Below are positions 1 through 9,808 of a DNA stretch of 64,000 nt, piece by piece (the first letter of the stretch is position 1; each line of letters opens with the position of its first letter). The DNA comes from Albugo candida (lineage: Eukaryota): contig JBDOQK010000070.1 of NCBI GenBank assembly GCA_040437565.1, forward strand, positions 1-64,000, given 5' to 3'. Below the pieces are notes generated by a model. The model saw only the letters and a program-made list of their open reading frames with translations, did no database searches and was not told where the DNA came from. Both the position numbers and the translations under genes were made by a program.

Positions 1-213
1 CTCAAAGTTCTCAAAGTTACTTTCCTGAGTTCTTGGTCCTAAGAATCTTGTCTGTTACCATTTTTATTTATTTATTTTTTTTCGCCGCTCTTTTGACGTG
101 AACTCGGATAAGTAAGAAAAGACCTTCACCTATTTCTAATTTTTTTGTTGTATTTCTCAAGTTTATTTTATTTTGGAACGTGTATAAAATACTCGTCCAA
201 ACAGATGTCTAGA

Positions 214-234
214 TACAGGCTTCGTTAGTATGGG
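214..234 (+). promoter_or_regulatory. Candidate snRNA proximal promoter element (PSE/USE-like) upstream of U1 copy A
   Basis: TACAGGCTTCGTTAGTATGGG matches 34120-34140 at 17/21 positions. Both end about 44-45 nt before the U1 +1, while the rest of the flanks are largely dissimilar. Confidence 0.6.
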
Positions 235-278
235 AGCCCACGTACTATGGCACCTGAATACCGACCCTCAACATAATC

Positions 279-439
279 ATACTTACCTGACTGGAGTCTG
301 ACAGTGATCAATAAGGCTGTTGGCTTGGGCCGGAGCAGGTCCCTTGCACCCCGATGCTGTAATGGTCCAGGAATGCCCTCTGGGTAACTCCACAGTATAA
401 TTTTTGATAGCGGGGGTGAGCGCGTGCGCCGCCCCCACC
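279..439 (+). ncRNA. U1: U1 spliceosomal snRNA (copy A; 3' end runs into gap)
   Basis: Begins ATACTTACCTG (pairs with 5' splice site). Has SL1 loop GATCAATAAG (U1-70K-type), SL2 loop TTGCAC (U1A site), Sm site ATAATTTTTG and a GC-rich terminal stem GGGGG...CCCCC. Length about 161 nt. Confidence 0.95.
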
Positions 440-539
440 NNNNNNNNNNNNNNNNNNNNNNNNNNNNNNNNNNNNNNNNNNNNNNNNNNNNNNNNNNNNN
501 NNNNNNNNNNNNNNNNNNNNNNNNNNNNNNNNNNNNNNN

Positions 540-1299
540 TCGGGTAACGGGCGATATGGGTCGTGCTGCTCGGAAATGGATATTTGGGAGGCAAATTCGA
601 TGAGTAATGCGTATACATCGCATCCTTGCGCTATATCGGATGGAATCGAGCGGTGTGAAGGTGCGAAACAATGTGGAGATACAAAAGAAGGTCGGGTAAC
701 GGGCGATATGGGTCGTGCTGCTCGGAAATGGATATTTGGGAGGCAAATTCGATGAGTAATGCGTATACATCGCATCCTTGCGCTATATCGGATGGAATCG
801 AGCGGTGTGAAGGTGCGAAACAATGTGGAGATACAAAAGAAGGTCGGGTAACGGGCGATATGGGTCGTGCTGCTCGGAAATGGATATTTGGGAGGCAAAT
901 TCGATGAGTAATGCGTATACATCGCATCCTTGCGCTATATCGGATGGAATCGAGCGGTGTGAAGGTGCGAAACAATGTGGAGATACAAAAGAAGGTCGGG
1001 TAACGGGCGATATGGGTCGTGCTGCTCGGAAATGGATATTTGGGAGGCAAATTCGATGAGTAATGCGTATACATCGCATCCTTGCGCTATATCGGATGGA
1101 ATCGAGCGGTGTGAAGGTGCGAAACAATGTGGAGATACAAAAGAAGGTCGGGTAACGGGCGATATGGGTCGTGCTGCTCGGAAATGGATATTTGGGAGGC
1201 AAATTCGATGAGTAATGCGTATACATCGCATCCTTGCGCTATATCGGATGGAATCGAGCGGTGTGAAGGTGCGAAACAATGTGGAGATACAAAAGAAGG
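540..1299 (+). repeat. Five tandem, apparently identical 152-bp copies of a GH7 coding segment next to a gap (probable assembly artefact)
   Basis: Units start at 540, 692, 844, 996 and 1148. The ORF track repeats identical peptides every 152 nt. The unit length is not a multiple of 3. Confidence 0.85.
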
Positions 1300-1885
1300 T
1301 CGGTATACGGGTTTGTGTGATAAAGACGGATGTGATTTTAACCCGTTTCGATTGGGAACGAAGGATTTTTATGGACCTGGAGCCGATTTTAAGATCGATT
1401 CAACCCGACCGTTTACAGTTGTGACCCAGTTTCACACGAGCGACGGAACGGCTGAAGGTGACTTGGTAGACATTCGACGTGTATACTATCAAGACGGTGA
1501 AGAGTTTCTTACACCAAATATAAGTATACCGGGAGTCGACTCGTTCGGGTCGATCACTGATGAAATGTGCTCTCAAGTGAAAACCGCATTCAAAGATACG
1601 AACGATCATCTTACGAAAGGTGGGTTGAAACGGATGGGCAAATCCATGCGCAGAGGAATGGTGCTGGCAATGAGCATTTGGGTCGATTATGCGGCGCAGT
1701 GTTTGTGGCTTGATTCGACGTACCCTACAGACGCGGATCAATCGCAACCCGGAGCGCAACGTGGAACATGCCCAACAAGCAGTGGCAAACCCGAAGAAGT
1801 TATACGCTCAAATCCGCAAGCAACCGTAGCATTTTCGAAAATACGTATAGGCGAAATCGGATCCACGGTGATGCGTGCTGCATAA
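1148..1885 (+). CDS. Glycoside hydrolase family 7 cellulase (cellobiohydrolase-like), C-terminal half; N-terminus lost in gap
   Basis: Catalytic motif [13 protein letters not shown], plus [36 protein letters not shown] and RGTCPTSSG. Confidence 0.93.
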   Translation, partial: SGNGRYGSCCSEMDIWEANSMSNAYTSHPCAISDGIERCEGAKQCGDTKEGRYTGLCDKDGCDFNPFRLGTKDFYGPGADFKIDSTRPFTVVTQFHTSDGTAEGDLVDIRRVYYQDGEEFLTPNISIPGVDSFGSITDEMCSQVKTAFKDTNDHLTKGGLKRMGKSMRRGMVLAMSIWVDYAAQCLWLDSTYPTDADQSQPGAQRGTCPTSSGKPEEVIRSNPQATVAFSKIRIGEIGSTVMRAA

Positions 1886-3533
1886 TTTCTTGAATTTTTG
1901 CGTCGTTTGAAGAATACAAGAACGAGTGAGTGTGTGTAAAAAAACAATACGATGTCATTTTTTGGTAAGTAGCAATTTTTTGACTCAGAAATGGGAAAGT
2001 TATGGTTCATGGAACAAAGTATCTTTTAATTGCAAGTTTCGACTTAATGAATAGAAGTTGAGTCTATCACACGTCGTTGCAATTTTCTGTTTCCAGAATC
2101 TGATTCACAGTGAGAACCGTCCGTATGGTCGCTACAATGACTCGACTCTTTCCGCATATCACAACACCTTTCAGATGTAATTCAATGTAAAATCTTACTT
2201 CTGTTTACACCGAACTTGATGGTAATTATGAACATGCACTGAAAATGAATCGTATTTTACATAATGTGACCGAGAAATATCACAACTTCATCACCCAACC
2301 AGAAGTAACAGCCACTCGCAATGCATACCAAACATGGCTTCAATCTAAAACTCTTATCGTGTCATTCATTCGAGTGGAACAAAAGTAGGACAAACTTCTA
2401 TTGACTCGCTACACTCACGATCAGGGATAAAAAAAATTACGCACCGTATCCTTTGATCTGTCTGAGTCCGTGGTTAATACTGTATATTGAGAAGGGATGA
2501 ATTGGATGCGGAGTGCGTCTTGATACAAAGTGCGCTCAGAAATGTCGTAACCGAAAATGACTGACCTTCGTCGCTCTATCCACAATCACTTCGTGTGAGC
2601 GCACTTAATATCAGAACTTCTCAAGGTACGTTCAGATAATCATATGTTTTTAAATGGTTTCCGAGCGATCCGAATCGCTTTATTGAACGATGCAATTCTT
2701 TGTGTTAGGACAAAATGAATAAATAGCCATCACTCGATCCATAACTGTATACCTTATCTCGATACAAGCTTAAGAGAGCCAGGTTGCAGTGTCCTGTAGA
2801 GAAAAAACGCCTATCAAGACTATCGATAGGGACCGGTCCTGCTTGATTCCAAGTACGGCTACCCCATACCGGTTTCTAAAAGCGATTGCATCTTGTCGCG
2901 TTTGCGGTATACGTACTCAAGCGCCAATGGTTGTCAGTTTAAGTACTCAGTGGGACCCCTACCGTCAGCTCCATTATCCCACCCCATACCCATTTCGAAT
3001 ACCTTAGTCAAGTATACACGAACCTTTGCATCGAACTATAATTTACTCGACATTCATTCCCCTGTCAATTGTGGGATCCTTCGTTCTACAGCGTGGCCAC
3101 AACACATATTTGTATGTGTGTTGTTCTAAGGAAAGTCATGTGGTCGAGTAACACCACCTGGACCTCGTGGCGCCTCCATGTCGGCTGCAGCGTGTCAAAC
3201 TCCGCTTCCAGTCAGAACACAACGTAAATGGGGCTAGTGATCAGTAGTTCAACTCTCCTTTGGTCGATCGAGATGCTGATTAGAGTCTCGATCAAGTACA
3301 ACTTGAGAGATCGTTCGCGTACCTAGTGTGCCTAATGCTTCGACCCGGTCGATAAAGTATCGCATGTGGCCAGTCTATTGAAAAAACCATACGAACCACT
3401 TGGACTCTTTGTTCTCGAGCGTCACATACTATTTCCAAGTATCAAAATGGTAGAAATGTTCAATTATGCATTTTCGAGTAGCACTACTGAGTAGTCTCAC
3501 TGTGAATTAAAACTTTCGACGCGATTGCAGCTC

Positions 3534-5291
3534 TCATGTAAATCTCCGGCGTAATTCCTTCTTTAGCAACAAGAGTTCTTTCTCTGAAGCACCCAAGAGC
3601 CCAGCGTTCTCTTGAGCTCGTCGAATAAGGTAAGGAATCACTTCCTCAATTGGTCCGTACGGCAAATATTTAAAAACTTGATAGCCCGATAATCCCAGCA
3701 TATAAGATACATGGTCACACATGCCAAATAGCTGCCCAAAATACACACCACCACCAATTTGCTGGCCGTCGATGACTTTCGGGCCTTTTCGATCGATCCC
3801 CAATTCTTTCATTCTCTGAATGGTGTATCGCACACTATCTTCGTTATGAGATGCAACCATGAAGCTTGCGAGACGATTCGCCTCAAGCAATTTCGACACT
3901 TGTGTGTTGAAATTGAAATGAGTTTCGTCGATAGTGTCGTGAATGGGATCCAAGTACCCTAAATCTTTGGCTCGTTTTCGTTCTTGGACAAGATACGCAC
4001 CACGTACCAACTTGCAAGCAAATTTGAAGTTTTCCCGACGAGCACGCTCCAAATCGATGTCAATTCTGTCCGAGGAAGATTTCAAGTAGCACTGAAATGT
4101 GTTGTATATCCAATCCTGGCCGTTTTTATTGTATTTTCGCTGAAGATTGAGCACCAAATGATCGATCCCTGGCTGCATATACGTCTGTTCCGCATCGATC
4201 ATCAGTTTGACTTTGTGTTTGACAGCTTCTGCAGCCAACATTTCTAAACGATTTATCATCGCGCGTAGCTGTTGCTTCTCTCGTTCGTCCAGTGGGTTTT
4301 CCTGAATGAATTCTGTGATTGGACCCATTGTCAAGTCGATAGGATCCACGAAACTCACCCAATCGACAAAGTCAATGTGACCATCATTCGAGTTTTTATC
4401 CATGTCATGGAATAAAGATCTGATCTCACTCTCGTTCATAAGCGATCCAGCATTTTTGAACCCGGCGCTAAGTGTTCCGTAATCAATGAGTCTTTTAAGG
4501 TACTGAGATTTCGGTCGTGAGAGATTGGGCGCGTCCAAATTCAAAAACAAAAGTTGCGCCTGCACAATGATCGATGACATTCGCAGGAGCAGTTCAGGCT
4601 TACCTAACGCAGTACATTTGATTGCCGCGAAAGCTGACTCGCCTTCTTTGATGGAACGACCCGCTGAAATAATGGCTATTTTCGCAATATCCGCATTCGC
4701 ATCACAGGTTGATTCATCTTCATAGTCGTACGTCCGCGCTGTGACTAATTTCTGAGGCACACCATTGAGATCACGCGGACATTGTACGTCTTCTTCGGCT
4801 GCGTAATCGAGAATCGCTCCGATACCAGCTGCTTGTAGCTCCCTGATAACCGGTTGAATCTCTTCGAAATTTTCACCGCCGCAGAAATGCCCAAAAAACG
4901 TCGCCCGTAAAGCCTGATTGGTTATGTGCTTTCCGGGAAATCGTTCGTACGCGAAATCGATCAATTTGTCACTGTATTTGACTAACGACTGAAATTTACA
5001 CATTTCAAAGACTGTGAATGCTCGGAGCAGGTCGGAGGTGCTTTTAGATGCAAAAATTCTCTTTGTATCCTCAAAAGAGATGTGTAAAAACTTGCCCCCG
5101 TTGTTGTCTTCATCGCTGTTTTCTGACTTTTCTCGGGCAGAATGAGTCGTATCAATGGTATGCTTCGAAGCAGATTTACTTGCGCTCTCTCGTCGTATGT
5201 AATTTGATAACGCTAAACGTCCAGTCTGTGCGATTTTCGCGGTCGTCTTGCGACGTAGCATCGTTTTGGAGCTGACTTGAGCGAGTAACAT
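3534..5291 (-). CDS. PRODH: Proline dehydrogenase, mitochondrial, with EF-hand insert
   Basis: Motifs FFGHFCGGE, ILDYAAE, AIKCTAL, MIDAEQTY, KLVRGAY, VASHN, FGQLFGM and KYLPYGP..YLIRRAQEN. EF-hand DKNSNDGHIDF. Basic N-terminal presequence. Confidence 0.95.
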   Translation of the reverse strand: MLLAQVSSKTMLRRKTTAKIAQTGRLALSNYIRRESASKSASKHTIDTTHSAREKSENSDEDNNGGKFLHISFEDTKRIFASKSTSDLLRAFTVFEMCKFQSLVKYSDKLIDFAYERFPGKHITNQALRATFFGHFCGGENFEEIQPVIRELQAAGIGAILDYAAEEDVQCPRDLNGVPQKLVTARTYDYEDESTCDANADIAKIAIISAGRSIKEGESAFAAIKCTALGKPELLLRMSSIIVQAQLLFLNLDAPNLSRPKSQYLKRLIDYGTLSAGFKNAGSLMNESEIRSLFHDMDKNSNDGHIDFVDWVSFVDPIDLTMGPITEFIQENPLDEREKQQLRAMINRLEMLAAEAVKHKVKLMIDAEQTYMQPGIDHLVLNLQRKYNKNGQDWIYNTFQCYLKSSSDRIDIDLERARRENFKFACKLVRGAYLVQERKRAKDLGYLDPIHDTIDETHFNFNTQVSKLLEANRLASFMVASHNEDSVRYTIQRMKELGIDRKGPKVIDGQQIGGGVYFGQLFGMCDHVSYMLGLSGYQVFKYLPYGPIEEVIPYLIRRAQENAGLLGASEKELLLLKKELRRRFT

Positions 5292-5992
5292 TCTCTACGA
5301 TATTTACACGCGTAAACACGGTACTTCTCATGAGTGGTTTGAGACGGCTGTGATGTATGAGACAAACACAATGACAATTGGAGATAAGAAGCTTTCAGCA
5401 ATGCATGCAGCACAATTGTCCAATTAGTGTGGTCGACAAGCTTTTTTCTATGCAAGTAGCAGCTCACTTGATTGTGAGGTGGAAGAGTAAGCACAATACT
5501 CTTCGCGACTCAAACGACATTGAATAAGATTCGGACCACCAATCGAGATACTACGAACTCACGATTTGTATCGTTTAGTGAACTTGGCACCATATTCCAT
5601 CGCCTTACATTGCGATAAATAGATCAATCGATTTGGTTTGTCAAAAAATATAGAAAGCGATTTTCTGTTCTGATTTCCTGTCAAGCGATCGAGACTAGTT
5701 TCCACCAATGCAAGTCAAGACCCACTGCATTTGATCCAATCAATGACACTAGCTGTAACCAGATCCATTATTGTAAATATACTTGTACATGCGTCTGCTA
5801 TTCAGCATTCTGATCCTCTCGCTATTATATTCTACAAGTTATCAAGTTACACAAGGTTTCTGTTTTTCGGCCGTTTGTGGCACAAACACGACGTTCTAAT
5901 TTGCGATCTTTTCCAGCCAAAATAGCGTCCAAAAGGTGCGATTCAGCACACTTTCTACACCCATAGAGTCTCACCTGTTAATTATAACTAGC

Positions 5993-7961
5993 ATGCAACA
6001 TAGTCAAAGCGAAGTCGCGTTAGGAACTCAAAACGGAAGTTGGGCCGATTTGAAACATGCCGAGAGTCTTAAAAAGCGGTCCAACACAGCCCAAAACCTT
6101 TTATTTTATGGTTTTCTCCCATATTTGATATATCGCTTGATTGTAAATGCCATGTTCCTTCCGTAGTCGAAGAGCAAAAGCGATTGTATCNNNNNNNNNN
6201 NNNNNNNNNNNNNNNNNNNNNNNNNNNNNNNNNNNNNNNNNNNNNNNNNNNNNNNNNNNNNNNNNNNNNNNNNNNNNNNNNNNNNNNNNNTTGATTGTAA
6301 ATGCCATGTTCCTTCCGTAGTCGAAGAGCAAAAGCGATTGTATCAGGAACTGCCGTTTATGGCGATTCCCGGTTTACGTCGTCACTCCTTCCAAAGGGAA
6401 CGTAAATTCACAAACCTCAAGTCTCGGACATCATGGGGAAGCTTTACAAATCTTGTCCAGGTTGAAACTTTGCTCTTCTTTTCTTCTTTCAGCAACATAA
6501 GCCAAAGCTTTTTTTTGTAGCGAGGAGAAGAGCAGCCGTTGTTGAGCGAAAATGAGTTTCTGGAACCGGGGTACACTTGGCCACTGCTATCTTCCTGTTG
6601 TGTCGCATTGATGAGCGCTTTTCAATTTGGATACAACACCGGTGTCACAGGAGCAATCAATCCCGTAAGAAGATCGTAAATGGCGTTCTCATACTGATAA
6701 AATGTTGCAGGATATTGTATTTCCAGGTCACACAGCCATGGAGTGGGCCATCACAGTCTCAATCTTTGCAATTGGAGGACCTATCGGCTCGATCAGTGCC
6801 GGACATATGAGCACAACACTCGGCAGGAAGAAAGCGCTTTTAATCGGCTCGGTTCTATTTGTATTAGCTGGACTCATCATGGCACTAGCCTGTAATATTT
6901 ACATGCTCATCATCGGGCGATTTGTGGTTGGATTCGCGTCCGGAGCTGTAAGCGTTGTGGTCCCATTATATTTGGGTGAATTAGCTCCACCAAATTTGAG
7001 AGGAGCGTTGGGCACTGGATATCAATTCGCGATGGTTATCGGTATTTTGGCAGCAGACATTCTCGCGTTTGGTTACTCTGCTCCGAGTGAGGGCGTTCGT
7101 CATCCAGGGTGGCGTGTTTTAATGGGATTCACTTTGGTGCCTGCGATTCTGCAGATTTTATTGTCGTCATTATTGACCGAGTCGCCGCGTTGGTTACTGA
7201 GTAAAAACAAACCGAAAGAAGCCGCTGAGATTCTGAGGCGATTACGTGGGACAAATGACGTCTATGAGGAAATTGATAGTATCTGTTCGGCAAGTGACAA
7301 TGAATCGAGTGGGATGGGTTTCTGGGCCGTATTGAAAGACACAAGTGTGCGTAACTCTCTGATTATCGGTATCGCGTTACAACTGGCACAACAATTCAGT
7401 GGAATCAATGCTGTTATGTATTACGCAAGCTCTTTTTTCAAGAATGTTGGTCTACAGGATCCTTTGGTGGGTGCTACATTAGTAGGCGCCATTAACGTAA
7501 TTTCAACGGGAGTGGCGTTGGTGCTTATGGACACAGCTGGACGTCGTCCATTATTGATCTATTCTGCGGGTGGAATGATTCTCTCGTCATTTGTATTGAC
7601 ATTAGGCCTATTAAAGGTATTACCATTTACAAATATGGTGAGTGTTGGTGGCGTCCTCTGTTTTGTGTGGTTTTTCGAAATCGGATTGGGTCCAATTCCA
7701 TGGCTTATTGTCGCTGAAATGTGCCCGCCAAAGCCTCGACCAACTGCAATGTCATTGGCAACAATGGTGAATTGGCTGTCGAGTTTTATCGTCGGTTTGG
7801 TGTTTCCGACATTACAAATCGAATTGGATCAGTACTCGTTTGTTCCTTTTGGGGTCTGTTTGGTCTTCTCGTTACTATTTATTCTCAAATATGTGCCAGA
7901 AACGAAAGGGAAAACAGTTGCGGAAATCCAAATGGAATTACAGGAGAAACAATTACAGTAA
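5993..7961 (+). CDS. MFS sugar porter (GLUT/SLC2A-like hexose transporter), 4 exons
   Basis: GT-AG introns 6111-6166, 6461-6520 and 6665-6710 splice in frame once the gap overlap at about 6140-6340 is collapsed. Motifs FQFGYNTGV, GRKKA, ELAPPNLRG, ESPRWL, QQFSGIN, GPIPW and VPETKG. Confidence 0.92.
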
Positions 7962-8018
7962 GCGATTTAATGAGAGCCCCTTTTTGACGTACCGGTATAA
8001 ACCGATATTCGTTTTGTG

Positions 8019-8814
8019 ATGCGACAGCTTTATATTCTGTCTCAGTCTGTGCTTTCTCGCGTAAATGTGTATTCCAGGGTTACAAAGTTGAGTAATAATG
8101 TCTCTGGACAAGCAAACGTGTGCATGTTGCGTCGCTCATGTGCGTTATTGGGACGTAAACAGCCTTTTGTATCGCATAATTGCAAGCAAACGTTTAAGCC
8201 TTCATTAGGAGCCTTGTATATTTGTACCTCTGGCGTGGCGCTCGTTGGGATCACGTACTCTACAGAGACACAGAATGCTGCCAAAAAGGAGGATGACAAA
8301 CGGACATGTGGCGATGATGACGACTTTGTGAAGAAAGTCAATGATGCGATTTCTTCATTGATCAAATCGGTAAAGGACGAAAATCTATCGGAGCAACTCT
8401 CCCGTTTACAGCGCCAATTGAACGATTTTTTGAGTTCGGGAAGAGGAGGACAAGTATCCTTTGGATTCCTTATGGGTGTGTGCTCGGGTCTCGCACTTAA
8501 GAAGCTTTCAAAAGTAGGAGCAATCGCTCTCGGAGCTTTATTTGTGTTGCTCCAATGTGCCAGTTATTCAGGGTATGTCGACGTAAACTACAAGAAAATG
8601 GAACGTGATATGATGCAAATGCTGGATCTGAACAAGGTTTGTGTTCAGCACCTTCTACTTTGTGTTGCTTACGCCTCGACTTTCACAGGATGGTCAATTT
8701 GACGCCAAGGATATCAATGAAATTTATCAATTGATTTTAAGGACTTTACAATTCAATTTACCCGCTGGAAGTGGATTTGCAATTGGTTTCGCTGTAGGAT
8801 TCCGCTCCGGGTAA
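8019..8814 (+). CDS. FUN14-family mitochondrial outer-membrane protein, 2 exons
   Basis: QVSFGFLMGVCSGLALKK...LQCASYSGYVDVNY. Intron 8637-8688 joins LDLNK to DGQFDAKD...GSGFAIGFAVG. Confidence 0.8.
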
Positions 8815-9008
8815 ATGGAGTGGTTCTATGACCCGCGTACGCATTGGGTCAAGCAATTACTCGAGTCAGAGGAATGAATTTGACTTTAATATAGCGTTTT
8901 GTATGAGCTACCGAATGTATGTTATTTGCGATCAGATGTTTCCATCGTAACAGCTGCTTTCGAGAGCCGAACCGAGCCACTGAACCGGTATTTTGTAAAA
9001 GGAAGACA

Positions 9009-9329
9009 ATGGGCAAAGATGTGGAATTTCTGTTGATGGAAAATGTCCAAAACAACGCGAAAGTGATCGAATTTTGTCATACATCAATGTGTGTCGTATC
9101 GGGATGTATATCGGGGATCATTGGGTTGACGGGATTGACCGGATTTGCATTTATGCTGATGTTATATATCGTGACGGATCTTGCGATTTTATTGTTTAAA
9201 ATGAATAATAATCTCAAGACATTTTATAATGGAAGTCTGCTGACATTTCTATTTGATGGAATTTTTTCGCATGGGCTTTCGTTCATTTTATTTTGGACGT
9301 TAGCGTACGGATTGGTGCACATTTATTAA
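9009..9329 (+). CDS. EMC6: ER membrane protein complex subunit 6 (Rab5-interacting family)
   Basis: About 106 aa. Contains NN..IEFC, SG.ISGIIGLTGLTGF and the C-terminus FILFWTLAYGLVHIY typical of EMC6. Confidence 0.88.
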   Translation: MGKDVEFLLMENVQNNAKVIEFCHTSMCVVSGCISGIIGLTGLTGFAFMLMLYIVTDLAILLFKMNNNLKTFYNGSLLTFLFDGIFSHGLSFILFWTLAYGLVHIY

Positions 9330-9414
9330 TGCGTCAAATCAAATTCAAAGTATACTCAATGCAATACACAAATGCCACGGAGATGGATAAAGCTCGTTCT
9401 TTTGTGACTTTTAC

Positions 9415-9477
9415 AAACCCTACACTCTAAACCCTAAAAGAAGAAGAATGTCATATGTCTAAACTCTAAACCGTAAA
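9415..9477 (+). repeat. Degenerate interstitial (CCCTAAA)n telomere-like tracts
   Basis: AAACCCT-ACACTCT-AAACCCT-AAA and CT-AAACTCT-AAACCGT-AAA, with 7-nt periodicity. Confidence 0.55.
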
Positions 9478-9808
9478 AGAAGCTCGATAGCCGTGGCCTT
9501 TGGGCCCCGAGTGAATCACGCTAGCCCTACGCTACAAAACCAGGATGGAAGTGAACGCTCCATGTTGCTATAATCAGGAATTCCTTGCTTAAAAGCTCAG
9601 CGCACTGGACGCGCTGGTGTTCGAATAAGGACACGGTTGAGTGTTGACGTAAAATGTTTGCCCTATTTTGTGCAATGTATATTTAGAAACAGTGTCACTG
9701 CATCTCGGAATGATCAGTGCATTACAGCGCACTGCATCTTATTCTGACTTGTTGTAGGAGCGCTATGAGTCCTGCAATACATTCTCTCATATAGTAGCTA
9801 CCTGTTGA

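Noticed and set aside
225..1279. Minus-strand repetitive ORFs (MYTHYSS...)
   Set aside because: They are antisense shadows of the GH7 repeat, the gap and the U1 gene.
540..1299. CRISPR-like or functional repeat array
   Set aside because: There are no spacers, the units are whole copies of GH7 coding sequence, the context is eukaryotic and no cas genes are present.
2861..2990. Two ACCCCATACC copies (GTATGGG on the minus strand) as further snRNA promoter elements
   Set aside because: Only the 3' core matches the U1 motif, and I found no recognisable snRNA about 45 nt downstream of the 2861 copy.
3266..3293. GATCGAGA...TCTCGATC hairpin
   Set aside because: 8-bp arms with a 12-nt loop are expected by chance in a window of this size.
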